DNA of 44,171 nt from an uncultured Anaerolineaceae bacterium (GCA_964591745.1 CAZQCR010000001.1:1-44171), one strand, 5' to 3'; shown: positions 24,616 through 34,604, numbered from the stretch's first letter. Translations and numbers: made by a program. Notes: generated from the sequence alone by a model not told the origin.

Positions 24616-25612
24616 ATCGTGCGCCGGGCTCTACGGTCGTACCCACGGAGAGGCGTGCCCCGGCTGCGATGGTGGCGCCACGGCCGGCAACGACGCCTGC
24701 GAGGTGCGCGCCTTCGCCCACCACCACACCGTCCGCGAGAATAGAGTCACGGACAGTGGCCCCGGCGCCGATCGTGACCTCTTCCCAGAGGATCGATCGT
24801 TCCACCACCGCCCCGTCTTCGACTCGCGAACCGGCCCCCAGGGATGTCTCCGAGACGCGCGCAGTCCCTTCGATCGCGGCGAAAGGGCCGTCAAACGCGG
24901 CGTTCCGTTCCGCGAGGAGGGCCACATTCAGTGCCAGGTAGCGCGCGGGCGTGCCGATATCCGCCCAGATGGCGGCGAACCGATGCCCGTACACACGGCG
25001 CCGTCGTGCCACCAGCGAGGGGAAGAGCGTCTCTTCCACCCGAACGGCGCCGGGCGGTATCTCGCCGACGAGGCCGGGTTCGAAGATCCACGCTCCCGCG
25101 TTGACGAGGTTGCCAGGCGCTGTTCCGAGCGGCGGCTTCTCCACGAATCCCGTGACAAGGTCGTCGTCGTCCGTGACGGCGACGCCGTACATCGAAGGGT
25201 CCTCGACGGGGTAGAGGGCCAGCGTGAGGTCGGCCTGGCGTGCTTCGTGGGCGGCGATGGCGGCAGAGAGGTCGAAATCCAGGTAGACATCGCCGTTGAG
25301 CACAACGAAACGCCCCTCGACGCCGGCGGTCTGCACCGCATGGCGGATGGCGCCACCGGATTCGAGCCGTTCCCGCTCCTCCACCAGCGTGATCGCCATC
25401 GCTCCCGGTCGGCCACCGCGGTAGGCCGCCGCCAGGTCGTCGTTATCCTGGCCGATGGCGAGAACCGTCCGTTCGATTCCCGACCGTTCCAGCCAGCTGA
25501 AGAGGTACTCGATCGCTGGCACGTTGCAAACGGGCACCAGGCTCTTGTGCCGGGTCCTCGTCAGCGGCCGCAAGCGAGTGCCCTGGCCGCCGACGAGGAT
25601 GATTGCGTCCAA
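24593..25612 (-). CDS. sugar-1-phosphate nucleotidyltransferase with C-terminal left-handed beta-helix (mannose-1-phosphate guanylyltransferase-like)
   Basis: The TTG at 25612 gives MDAIILVGGQGTRLRPLT (the G-x-G-T-R-x-P-L-T signature). Hexapeptide-repeat C-terminus. The start is 4 nt after the metK stop. Confidence 0.85.
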   Translation of the reverse strand: MDAIILVGGQGTRLRPLTRTRHKSLVPVCNVPAIEYLFSWLERSGIERTVLAIGQDNDDLAAAYRGGRPGAMAITLVEERERLESGGAIRHAVQTAGVEGRFVVLNGDVYLDFDLSAAIAAHEARQADLTLALYPVEDPSMYGVAVTDDDDLVTGFVEKPPLGTAPGNLVNAGAWIFEPGLVGEIPPGAVRVEETLFPSLVARRRRVYGHRFAAIWADIGTPARYLALNVALLAERNAAFDGPFAAIEGTARVSETSLGAGSRVEDGAVVERSILWEEVTIGAGATVRDSILADGVVVGEGAHLAGVVAGRGATIAAGARLSVGTTVEPGARYDGADDT

Positions 25613-25616
25613 CTGG

Positions 25617-26783
25617 CTAGCTGAGCCCCGCGGAGATACGCAGGCGAGGGGCGCGTTCCGTGCTCTCCCACGGCACGCCAAGGTCGGTGCGGCCGAAGTG
25701 CCCGTAAGAAGCGGTCTTCTGGTAGAACGGCTGGCGCAGGTCCAGGTCGCGAATGATCGCGCCCGGCCGGAGGTCGAAGTGCTCGCGGACTGCCTTCAGG
25801 ATCAGTTCGTCGCTCACTTTGCCCGTCCCGAACGTCTCGACCCCGATCGAGGTCGGTTCAGCCACGCCGATGGCATAGGAGAGCATGAACTCGCACCGTT
25901 CGGCGAGCCCGGCGGCAACAATGTGCTTCGCCACCCAACGAGCGGCATAGGCGCCTGAGCGGTCCACCTTGGTCGGGTCTTTGCCGCTGAACGCGCCACC
26001 GCCGTGCCGCCCCACTCCGCCGTAGGTATCGACGATGATCTTCCGCCCGGTCAGCCCGGCGTCGCCGCGCGGTCCGCCGACGACGAATCGGCCAGTAGGG
26101 TTCACGTAGACCTTGGTCTTCGCGTCCATCAGCTTCGGATCGACGATCGTGCTGATGATGTGTTCGCGCACGTCCGTCTCGATCTGGGCAGACGAAACGT
26201 CCGGGTGATGCTGCGTCGAAATCACGACCGCCTCGATCCGGCGCGGCTTCCAGTGCTCGTCATACTCGACGGTCACCTGGGATTTGCCATCCGGGCGGAC
26301 CCACCAGAGTTCACCGCTCTTCCGCGCTTCAGCCAGGCGGCGGGTAAGGCGGTGGGCGAGGGAGATCGTTGTCGGCATCATCTCTGGCGTCTCGTTGCAG
26401 GCGAAGCCGATCATCATCCCCTGGTCGCCCGCGCCGGTCTCCAGCTCGTCGCGGCTATCGACTCCCTGGGCGATATCCGGCGATTGCTCACTGATCGCGG
26501 TGATGACGCCGCAGGTGGCGGCATCGAAGCCGATATCCGATGAGGTGTAGCCGATCTCCCGGATCGTCTTGCGCACGATCCCCGGGATATCGACGTAGGC
26601 CCGCGTCGTGATCTCGCCCATCACGAGGACCAGGCCGTTCGTGATTGCCGTCTCGCAGGCGACCCGGGCCATCCGGTCTTGGCTCAGGATGGCGTCGAGC
26701 ACGCCATCGGAGATCTGGTCACAGACTTTGTCCGGGTGGCCCTCGGTCACCGATTCAGAGGTAAGCAGCTTCCGTTCCGTCAT
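25617..26783 (-). CDS. metK: S-adenosylmethionine synthase
   Basis: [38 protein letters not shown] and [19 protein letters not shown]. The internal ATG at 26783 is preferred, because the track extension to 26879 would run through the leader terminator. Confidence 0.97.
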   Translation of the reverse strand: MTERKLLTSESVTEGHPDKVCDQISDGVLDAILSQDRMARVACETAITNGLVLVMGEITTRAYVDIPGIVRKTIREIGYTSSDIGFDAATCGVITAISEQSPDIAQGVDSRDELETGAGDQGMMIGFACNETPEMMPTTISLAHRLTRRLAEARKSGELWWVRPDGKSQVTVEYDEHWKPRRIEAVVISTQHHPDVSSAQIETDVREHIISTIVDPKLMDAKTKVYVNPTGRFVVGGPRGDAGLTGRKIIVDTYGGVGRHGGGAFSGKDPTKVDRSGAYAARWVAKHIVAAGLAERCEFMLSYAIGVAEPTSIGVETFGTGKVSDELILKAVREHFDLRPGAIIRDLDLRQPFYQKTASYGHFGRTDLGVPWESTERAPRLRISAGLS

Positions 26784-26814
26784 TTCCTGTCCTGTTCCAA
26801 TATGCGAGGCAATG

Positions 26815-26842
26815 AAAAAGCCCCTCGATTTAGGCGGGGGCT
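26815..26842 (-). terminator. intrinsic terminator of the metK leader (riboswitch expression platform)
   Basis: Minus strand reads AGCCCCcgcctaaatcgaGGGGCTTTTT, 32 nt upstream of the metK ATG. Confidence 0.7.
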
Positions 26843-26929
26843 CCCAACGACAGGTATCGTCACGCGAGGCCCCTCCCATGAGGGGCGGGCCGGTGAAGGC
26901 CCGCCTTTTGTTGCCCGCTGTGGCGGGCC

Positions 26930-26995
26930 GCGTCGATTGGGCACCTTGGAGGCTTAACCAGGTTGCCGGGCGCTTTCGCGCCGCTCCTGACGCTC
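26930..26995 (-). promoter_or_regulatory. SAM riboswitch aptamer, SAM-I clan (compact SAM-I/SAM-IV-like core)
   Basis: The minus-strand RNA is GAGCGUCAGGAGCGGCGCGAAAGCGCCCGGCAACCUGGUUAAGCCUCCAAGGUGCCCAAUCGACGC. P1 is GCGUC/GACGC and P2 is GGCGC-GAAA-GCGCC. The hallmark strings CCCGGCAACC and GGUGCC(C)AAU match SAM-I as I recall it (..AACCCGGCAACC..GGUGCCAAUUCC..). Followed by competing GGCCCGCC/GGCGGGCC helices and a terminator, directly upstream of metK. Confidence 0.7.
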
Positions 26996-27070
26996 AGGAA
27001 AGCGTAGCAGCCGGGGACGCCGTGGGTAAATGGCAGTCAGCGCCATGCCAGCATTGGGGCTGAACTTCGC

Positions 27071-27397
27071 CTACGTCGTTTCCGAGAACCCGAGGGCGAA
27101 CTCGATACTTTTGCGAACTGACCCCATGCGGACCGCTGAGAGGGTCGTGATCCGCTCCCCCAGCGCCGCCACCGGGACCGTGAAAATGTTGTCGAGCGTA
27201 ACAGCGGAGCGTTCGGGCACGCCATCGTCCTCGGGCGTGAGCAGCACCTCGCTGGGGATTCCCCGCACACGCGTGGTCACCGACGCCACGACCACGCGCG
27301 TCAGGTACCCCAGCGCGCTCGATCGTGTCAGGACCACGACCGGGCGTCGCTTGTCGGGCGGCGCGAAACGATACCAGTACACTTCACCGCGGTTCAC
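27071..27397 (-). CDS. mazF: MazF/PemK-family endoribonuclease toxin
   Basis: MNRGEVYWYRFAPPDKRRPVVVLTRSS..VASVTT..IPSEV.. has the typical PemK layout. 4-nt overlap (ATGA) with the upstream antitoxin ORF. Confidence 0.88.
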   Translation of the reverse strand: MNRGEVYWYRFAPPDKRRPVVVLTRSSALGYLTRVVVASVTTRVRGIPSEVLLTPEDDGVPERSAVTLDNIFTVPVAALGERITTLSAVRMGSVRKSIEFALGFSETT

Positions 27398-27630
27398 GAG
27401 TTTTCCCAGTAATCCGTGTCGATGGGCCAGTCGAACTCGTCCGCGGTCTGCGGATGGCGGAGATAGCCCTCGCGGTGTTGCCGTTCTCGCTCAGCCTCCT
27501 CACGCGCGAAGAGCGCCCGATCCACGGCTTCGCGGATGAACGCCGACCGCGCGCCGTGCTCCTTATCGAGCAAGCAGTCCAGCCGCGTAAGCAGCGGCTC
27601 ATCGATCGTGATCTGGATAGTCTTCATCAT
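27394..27630 (-). CDS. ribbon-helix-helix (CopG/MazE-like) antitoxin
   Basis: 78 aa. The N-terminal KTIQITIDEPLLTRLDCLL..RSAFIREAV is an RHH fold signature. Overlaps the mazF start. Confidence 0.8.
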   Translation of the reverse strand: MMKTIQITIDEPLLTRLDCLLDKEHGARSAFIREAVDRALFAREEAERERQHREGYLRHPQTADEFDWPIDTDYWENS

Positions 27631-27725
27631 AGCGAGTCACCTGTGGAGAACTCTCCACAGTCTGATCGCTATCAGAATCCACGTCAACGGCCTTCAGGGA
27701 TTGACGACCGGCGTACAGTGTCCAC

Positions 27726-28343
27726 GTGAGGCGATTAGCTCTTGGCCTGGCACTGGCGATGAGCGTCATCGCATCCGCCTGCTCGCGCGCCCATTCGACC
27801 GACGCCCCCGCGACCGCCTTCAGCGCGCCCGCCACCGTCGCCAGCGGGCAACCCGAAGCGCGCACCGTCGTACCCGATGCGTCGTATCCCCTGCCCGCAA
27901 CCTGCGAGCCGGGCCTGGCTGTCGCGTTGACGCATCGCCTCTTCGCGGCGTTGAACGCCGGCGACGCTACGGCCCTCACCGGGCTGTTCGTCGAGGATCG
28001 CGTTGAGCTCGACTTCGGCCGCATGCCCGTGGACTACGCGCGGGATCCGCTTTCCAGCTCCCTGCTCGAAGTGCGCGATGCCGCGGGCGTCAAGGCGCTC
28101 TTCGACCGGGTCAAGGGCGTCCAGTTCGTGTTTACGCGCATAGAAGCGTCGACGGTCTCGCCGGAGCGTGACCCCGACGGGAGACTTTTCCGGTACCTGC
28201 CCGCGTTCGAGCACCGGGCGACCGGTCCCGCCATAGCGGCGGCCGGCGTCGTCTCGGTCGGTGGCGCTGGAAAAGGGGGCATCGATTGTGAAACGCGCAG
28301 GTTCTTCTTCGTCGTCCTCGGATTCCACCTCCGCCAGCCGTAG
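27726..28343 (+). CDS. hypothetical lipoprotein
   Basis: The GTG start gives RRLALGLALAMSVIASAC, a signal peptide plus lipobox Cys. Third-position GC is high in this frame. The fully overlapping antisense ORF is Arg/Gly-rich and looks spurious. Confidence 0.55.
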   Translation: MRRLALGLALAMSVIASACSRAHSTDAPATAFSAPATVASGQPEARTVVPDASYPLPATCEPGLAVALTHRLFAALNAGDATALTGLFVEDRVELDFGRMPVDYARDPLSSSLLEVRDAAGVKALFDRVKGVQFVFTRIEASTVSPERDPDGRLFRYLPAFEHRATGPAIAAAGVVSVGGAGKGGIDCETRRFFFVVLGFHLRQP

Positions 28344-28355
28344 TCCGTTCCCGGC

Positions 28356-29621
<1,266 letters not shown>

Positions 29622-29715
29622 TTACTCCTCCAAAGAGTACGCCGGGCGGGTTCTGGCTCAGCGCGCAAGTTCAGTTGTGCAAACATCCGGTTGGGAAGGC
29701 CGGGCGCAATGTCAA

Positions 29716-30627
29716 TCAGGATGCACGAACGGAAACGAAGGAACCATCGTACTTTCGCCCACGAACGGCAGCGCGGAACCTGCGAAGTGACCCGCCAAGT
29801 CCCGATGGGTCGCGCCGCGCCGCGCTCGCTTCCACGAGCTGACACGCCTCGACGTAGCCCAGCTTCTCGTACGCCCGCACTGCCGGCTGGTTCTTCGGGT
29901 CTACCGTGAGGACCACGTAGTCACAGCAGCCGAGGAGGGCGGCCGTGACTGCGCTCGTCGCCGCCGTCGCGTAGCCGCGGCCGCGGTGCGCCGGGTGCGT
30001 GAAGACGTTGCCAACCACACCTACCCCCTCCTGGCGCGAGACCACGTGCGTCCCGGCGACTGCGACAAGCCGCCCTTCGACCACGATCCCGCGGTAGATG
30101 CCAGCGTCGATGTGTTCTGGGACGTAGTAGCTGGGGCCGCCCTCCGTACCGTAGAGACCGTTGATGCGGCGAATGTCGTATCCGTTTAGCACAGTCACGC
30201 GGTGCCCTGCCAGTGGTTGGAAGCGTTCCGCTGTCACCGCCATCCGCACCATCGGCTGCTGATTGCCTACCCGGTACACGCGGCGCAGCCCCTCCAGGTG
30301 TTGCGGCTGGCAGGTGGCGTACGTGTGGGCGGGCCCGGGGTGAATGCTGAGGATGGCGGAGATCGCGTCAGGGTCCCCCATCACGAAAGTCGCGTCTCCA
30401 AGGCCGCCGCGGCTGTGCAGCACCAGCCCGGTGCCCGTGTCGCCCCGCGCCCAGTACCAGCGGGTGCGTTCGAAAAGACCTGGCTCAAGCTGGCCCATCG
30501 CGTAGGCGGAATACTCGATCCTCGGCTTCAGAAGCTGGCGAATGCGATCACGGTCCTGCAGCGCCGTAACGACGTAGTCGTACGCCGGCCTCGCCGCTCC
30601 CTGCCATCGGACCTCGCGTTCTGCCAC
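29716..30627 (-). CDS. two-domain GNAT-family N-acetyltransferase
   Basis: 303 aa. C-terminal acetyl-CoA motif VFTHPAHRGRGYATA..AVRAYEKLGY. The N-terminal approximately 170 aa are unassigned. GTG start with GAGGA upstream, 14 nt after the preceding stop. Confidence 0.8.
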   Translation of the reverse strand: MAEREVRWQGAARPAYDYVVTALQDRDRIRQLLKPRIEYSAYAMGQLEPGLFERTRWYWARGDTGTGLVLHSRGGLGDATFVMGDPDAISAILSIHPGPAHTYATCQPQHLEGLRRVYRVGNQQPMVRMAVTAERFQPLAGHRVTVLNGYDIRRINGLYGTEGGPSYYVPEHIDAGIYRGIVVEGRLVAVAGTHVVSRQEGVGVVGNVFTHPAHRGRGYATAATSAVTAALLGCCDYVVLTVDPKNQPAVRAYEKLGYVEACQLVEASAARRDPSGLGGSLRRFRAAVRGRKYDGSFVSVRAS

Positions 30628-30641
30628 CTAATTCCTCACCC

Positions 30642-31553
30642 CTATGCGACCTCGAAGTGGGTTAGCGCGCGGAATTCACGATACCGTTGCTCAACGTCGT
30701 CCCGCGTCAGGCGCAGGAGACGAGCCGGCCCGAAATCCTCTACCGCGAACGACGCCGTCGTCGAACCATAGATGATCGCCTTACGGATCTCGGCGCTGGT
30801 GATCTCCGGCACGGTGTCAAGATACCCCAAAAACCCTCCAGCGAACGCGTCCCCCGCCCCCGTCGGGTCCACAACTTCTTCGAGCGGATAACCAGGCGCC
30901 ACGAAGTAGTCCGTCTTGCTCGCGAAGGCCGCCCCGAATTCGCCGAGCTTGATGATCACACCGCCGGCCCCTTCGCCCGCAAGCGTCCGGGCAGCCCGCG
31001 CGATGCTCGGCGTGTTCGCGATCTGGCGAGCCTCGCTTTCGTTCAGGGTAACGAAGTCGGCCAGCGCCATCGTCTTCCGAAGATCTTCCAGCGCCTCATC
31101 CACGAACATCTTGATGGTGTCCACGAGTGTCACCTTCGGCGCTGTGAGGGTGGCCAACAGGTTCCGCTGGTCGATTGGGTGCCCGGCCCCCAGGCACGCG
31201 GCCGTCGTATCCCGCCACGCTTCGGGCAAGACCGGTTTCCACTCCACGCTGATCCCGAGTTCCGGGTACCACGTGTCGCGGTTGTTCATATCGTAGTGGT
31301 AGCGCGCGCCCCAGCGGCTCGTCTTCTTGCCAGCCACCGTCACCAGCCCGCCAAGGTCGATGTTCGGCCGTCGCAATCGATCCCGCATCTCCGCCGGAAA
31401 GTCCTCCCCGACGGCCGCCACCAGGCGGACCTCCGTGAACAGCGCGCCTGCGAGGGCGGCGCACGTCGCCGAACCGCCGAGCGAATTGGTCACGCTCCCG
31501 AACGGCGTTTCGATATCGTCGATGGCTACCCAGCCGGTCACCAGCATGGTCAT
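30642..31553 (-). CDS. PfkB-family (ribokinase-like) sugar/nucleoside kinase; adenosine kinase is a candidate by context
   Basis: C-terminal DPTGAGDAFAGGF catalytic motif, and NESEA. The ATG overlaps the mtnP stop (ATGA). Confidence 0.88.
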   Translation of the reverse strand: MTMLVTGWVAIDDIETPFGSVTNSLGGSATCAALAGALFTEVRLVAAVGEDFPAEMRDRLRRPNIDLGGLVTVAGKKTSRWGARYHYDMNNRDTWYPELGISVEWKPVLPEAWRDTTAACLGAGHPIDQRNLLATLTAPKVTLVDTIKMFVDEALEDLRKTMALADFVTLNESEARQIANTPSIARAARTLAGEGAGGVIIKLGEFGAAFASKTDYFVAPGYPLEEVVDPTGAGDAFAGGFLGYLDTVPEITSAEIRKAIIYGSTTASFAVEDFGPARLLRLTRDDVEQRYREFRALTHFEVA

Positions 31554-32437
31554 GTTGATTGCCCTCCAAGGCGCCGGGCAAGGATAGGTCCGAGCCGCTC
31601 CAGCGCCTCTTGGGGAATCGCCGCTGTTGGCGTCACGAGGGCGCTATCCAGGGCCGTCTGTGCCGGGCAACCGCTGATGTCGGGGAGGGCGCCGGCAAAC
31701 GTTCCCACGAGGCGTTGGCTGACCGCCACGTTCGCCTTGAGGACGGCGAACACGGCCGCCGCGTCCACTGCCTCGTGGCCATCGTGCCAGCAGTCGTAGT
31801 CCGTGACCGCCGCAAGGAGCGCGTAGCTCATCTCCGCTTCCCGCGCCAGCTTCGCCTCCGGCAGCGCCGTCATCCCGACGATGCTCGCTCCCCACTGACG
31901 GTACAGGTGGCTCTCCGCTCGCGTGCCGAAGGCCGGTCCTTCGATGCAGACATAACTTCCGCCGTCGTGCGCTGGAGCGCCGGAAGCCCGCGCTGCCGCC
32001 AGGATGCCCAGCCGCATCGCCTGCGAGAAGGGGTCGGAAAATCCCACGTGCGCCACCACCCCGGAGCCGAAGAAGGTGGAGGGTCGAACGCCCCTGGTCC
32101 GGTCGATCAGCTGGTCCGGCACCACGAGGTCGCCCGGGCGATACTCCTCCCGCAGGCTCCCGACCGCCGAAACGGCCAGTACCCGGCGCACGCCGAGGGA
32201 CTTCAGCGCCCAGAAGTTCGCCCGCTGCGGGATCTCCGTTGGCAGGAGAGAGTGGTGGCGTCCGTGCCGGGCGAGGAAGGCGATGCGCGCCCCACCGAGC
32301 GTTCCGATCCGGATGGCGTCGCTCGGGGGCCCGAACGGCGTTTCGACTCGCACTTCCTCCAACGCGGTAAGGCCGGGGATCGCGTAGAAACCCGATCCGC
32401 CAATCACCGCGAGTTCGACGTCCAGGGATGGGTGCAC
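31550..32437 (-). CDS. mtnP: S-methyl-5'-thioadenosine phosphorylase
   Basis: AVIGGSGFY, FLARHGRHH, VGSLREE and VGMTALPEAKLAREAEM..VTDYDCW. Confidence 0.92.
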   Translation of the reverse strand: MHPSLDVELAVIGGSGFYAIPGLTALEEVRVETPFGPPSDAIRIGTLGGARIAFLARHGRHHSLLPTEIPQRANFWALKSLGVRRVLAVSAVGSLREEYRPGDLVVPDQLIDRTRGVRPSTFFGSGVVAHVGFSDPFSQAMRLGILAAARASGAPAHDGGSYVCIEGPAFGTRAESHLYRQWGASIVGMTALPEAKLAREAEMSYALLAAVTDYDCWHDGHEAVDAAAVFAVLKANVAVSQRLVGTFAGALPDISGCPAQTALDSALVTPTAAIPQEALERLGPILARRLGGQST

Positions 32438-32463
32438 CAGCCCAGTCTACGGAATGTCGCTCA

Positions 32464-33495
32464 TTATCGCCCGCGCAGGAGCCGCGCGATCGCCTCCAGG
32501 TATGGGGAACGAAGGACGCCTCGCTCCGTCACGATTCCCGCGATCAGCTCGCCGGGCGTGACATCGAACGCGGGGTTGAACGCTCGCGTGCCCGCCGGCG
32601 CCCAGCGCTGTTCACCGAAGCCGCCGACTTCGGCCTCGTCCCGGAACTCGATCGGGATGGCCGCGCCGTCGGCGCAACCGTGGTCGATCGTCGTACACGG
32701 GGCCGCGATAAAGAACGGGACAGCGTGCCGGGCCGCGACGACCGCCAGGCCGTAAGTCCCCACCTTGTTCGCCGTGTCCCCGTTCGCGGCTATCCGGTCG
32801 GCGCCGGTAATCACAGCCTGGATGCGCCCACTCGCGATCAGCGTCGCCGCTGCCGTATCGGGCGCCAGTGTCGCGGGGATTCCCATGCGCTGAAGCTCCC
32901 ACATCGTCAGGCGCGCTCCCTGGAGGAGGGGCCGCGTCTCGGTGGCGTAGCAGTGGCTGAGCGTCCCCTGGCGATGCGCCGCGGCGATGACGCCGAGCGC
33001 CGTGCCGCTCCCGCCGGTTGCCAGGACACCCGTGTTGCAGTGCGTCAGCACCGCTCCGCGAGGCAGGATCGCGGCGCCGTACGTTCCGATCGCACCGTCC
33101 TCGGCCATCCGTTCTTCGGCCATCTCCTCGGCGTTGTCCCAGAGCGCGCGGACGCGGTCGCCCGGGCGAGGCCCAGCGCCAAGCGCTCGTTCCAGTGCCC
33201 TGCGAACGCCCGCGCCGAGATCGACGGCGGTAGGCCGCGTCGCCGTGATGGTGGAGGCGGCCTCCGCGAGGGAATCGTCCCCTTCGCCCAGCGTCTCGGC
33301 CGCGATTGCCATCGCGCAGGCCCCCGTCAGGCCAAGCAGCGGAGCGCCCCGCACCCGCAACGATCGGATTGCTTCACATACGGCCTCAACGCCGCGGAGC
33401 TCCAGCGTGACTTCGTGGTGGGGCAGCCGCGTCTGATCGAGGATGTCTATCCCGGCGCCGCGGACGATGCGAAGGACGTCTGGCCCGGTGGTCAC
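32464..33495 (-). CDS. mtnA: S-methyl-5-thioribose-1-phosphate isomerase
   Basis: ILDQTRLP, RVRGAPLLG, LTHCNTGVLAT, ETRPLLQGARLT and GADRIAANGDTANKVGTY. Confidence 0.92.
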   Translation of the reverse strand: MTTGPDVLRIVRGAGIDILDQTRLPHHEVTLELRGVEAVCEAIRSLRVRGAPLLGLTGACAMAIAAETLGEGDDSLAEAASTITATRPTAVDLGAGVRRALERALGAGPRPGDRVRALWDNAEEMAEERMAEDGAIGTYGAAILPRGAVLTHCNTGVLATGGSGTALGVIAAAHRQGTLSHCYATETRPLLQGARLTMWELQRMGIPATLAPDTAAATLIASGRIQAVITGADRIAANGDTANKVGTYGLAVVAARHAVPFFIAAPCTTIDHGCADGAAIPIEFRDEAEVGGFGEQRWAPAGTRAFNPAFDVTPGELIAGIVTERGVLRSPYLEAIARLLRGR

Positions 33496-33522
33496 GGCGC
33501 CAGTGTAGCGGAACAGTCGAAC

Positions 33523-33987
33523 TCAGCTGCCCCGGGCGGCCATCCGCACCGACAGCTCCAGTGCGTCCAGGTCGCCGGTCAAGCGCCCCTGGAGTTCGGC
33601 GTCGATCCCGGCGACTACCTCGCGAATGTGACCTTCCAGGGTCTGGCGCATCGCGGCGACCAGCTCCCGTCCCGCGGGCGTCAGTTCCAGGCGGACGGCG
33701 CGGCGATCGTCGAGATCCCGTTGCCTGGTGAGGTGTCCGGCTCGCTCTAACCGGTCAAGGACGCCCGTGACGGTCTGCGATTGCTGGGAGAGGTACTCCG
33801 CCACAAGGTGGGGCTGTGCCCGCGTGAACGAATCCACGGCGAGGAGCGTCGTCGCCTGGATGAAGGTCACTCCGTGGTCCCGGCCGAGCCGCTGGTCCAG
33901 TTCACGGACAACCGAGTTCGTCGTGCGGTAGAGACCCGTGATCAGCTGCAGTTCCCGGTGCGTGGTCACTCCTGTCGTCGTGCTCAT
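33523..33987 (-). CDS. MarR-family transcriptional regulator
   Basis: 154 aa. Winged-helix segment ..PHLVAEYLSQQSQTVTGVLDRLERAGHLTRQRDLDDRRAVRLELTPAGREL. Confidence 0.88.
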   Translation of the reverse strand: MSTTTGVTTHRELQLITGLYRTTNSVVRELDQRLGRDHGVTFIQATTLLAVDSFTRAQPHLVAEYLSQQSQTVTGVLDRLERAGHLTRQRDLDDRRAVRLELTPAGRELVAAMRQTLEGHIREVVAGIDAELQGRLTGDLDALELSVRMAARGS

Positions 33988-34014
33988 CGCCTCACCTTAC
34001 GCCTCGCGCCGTGA

Positions 34015-34035
34015 CAGCATACGCGTGCAATGCTG
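34015..34035. promoter_or_regulatory. inverted repeat, candidate MarR operator in the marR/mtnA upstream region
   Basis: CAGCAT-acgcgtgca-ATGCTG with an internal ACGCGT palindrome, 28-48 nt upstream of the marR ATG. Confidence 0.35.
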
Positions 34036-34091
34036 CTATGGAATCTCGATAGTTCGACTTCGCCATCGTCGTTCGCCTGCCATGCCGTCAT

Positions 34092-34604
34092 TCAGTAGGT
34101 CACGACGGCGTGGCAGGCGTAGCCCCCCAGCCGCTGGCGGCCTTGCAGATCCGTCAGCTCGATCACGAAGCCGAAACCAGAAACGAGTCCCCCGGCCATC
34201 TCCACCAGCTTCGCCGCCGCCAGCGCCGTCCCCCCCGTCGCCAGCACGTCATCCACAATGTAGGCGCGAGCGCCGGGCGCCATAGCGTCTTCGTGAATAT
34301 CCAGCTGTGAGTGGCCGTATTCGAGGGAGTACTCCACGGACATGCGCGCCGCCGGCAGCTTGCCCGGCTTGCGCACCGGGACGAACGGCAGCCCGAGCCG
34401 GTCGGCCAGTGGCGCCCCGAAGATGAACCCGCGCGACTCAACCCCAACCACCACCTCCGCTCCCAGCGCGCGCGCTTCCTTCGCAAGCTCCGCGAGCACG
34501 GCCTGGAACGCGGCGGGATTGCCGAGGAGCGGCGTAATGTCCCGGAAGAGGATGCCGGGCTCCGGGAAGTCCGCGATGTCGCGGATGCGCGCCTTGAGAT
34601 CCAT
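34092..34604 (-). CDS. apt: adenine phosphoribosyltransferase
   Basis: IADFPEPGILFRDITPLL, VESRGFIFG and PRPP motif YIVDDVLATGGT. Confidence 0.96.
   Translation of the reverse strand: MDLKARIRDIADFPEPGILFRDITPLLGNPAAFQAVLAELAKEARALGAEVVVGVESRGFIFGAPLADRLGLPFVPVRKPGKLPAARMSVEYSLEYGHSQLDIHEDAMAPGARAYIVDDVLATGGTALAAAKLVEMAGGLVSGFGFVIELTDLQGRQRLGGYACHAVVTY

Noticed and set aside
26784-26879. N-terminal extensions offered by the ORF track (metK to 26879; also 4949-5056, 9658-9684, 12996-13040, 15310-15405, 23192-23311, 25613-25681, 41398-41448, 42876-42959)
   Set aside because: The extensions use TTG or GTG starts or lack an SD. They add non-homologous residues ahead of canonical N-termini, and they overlap upstream genes or, for metK, the leader terminator.
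27735-28328. 197-aa minus-strand ORF fully overlapping the lipoprotein gene
   Set aside because: The plus-strand frame has a signal peptide with a lipobox and strongly GC-biased third positions. The minus-strand product is Arg/Gly/Asp-rich with no features.
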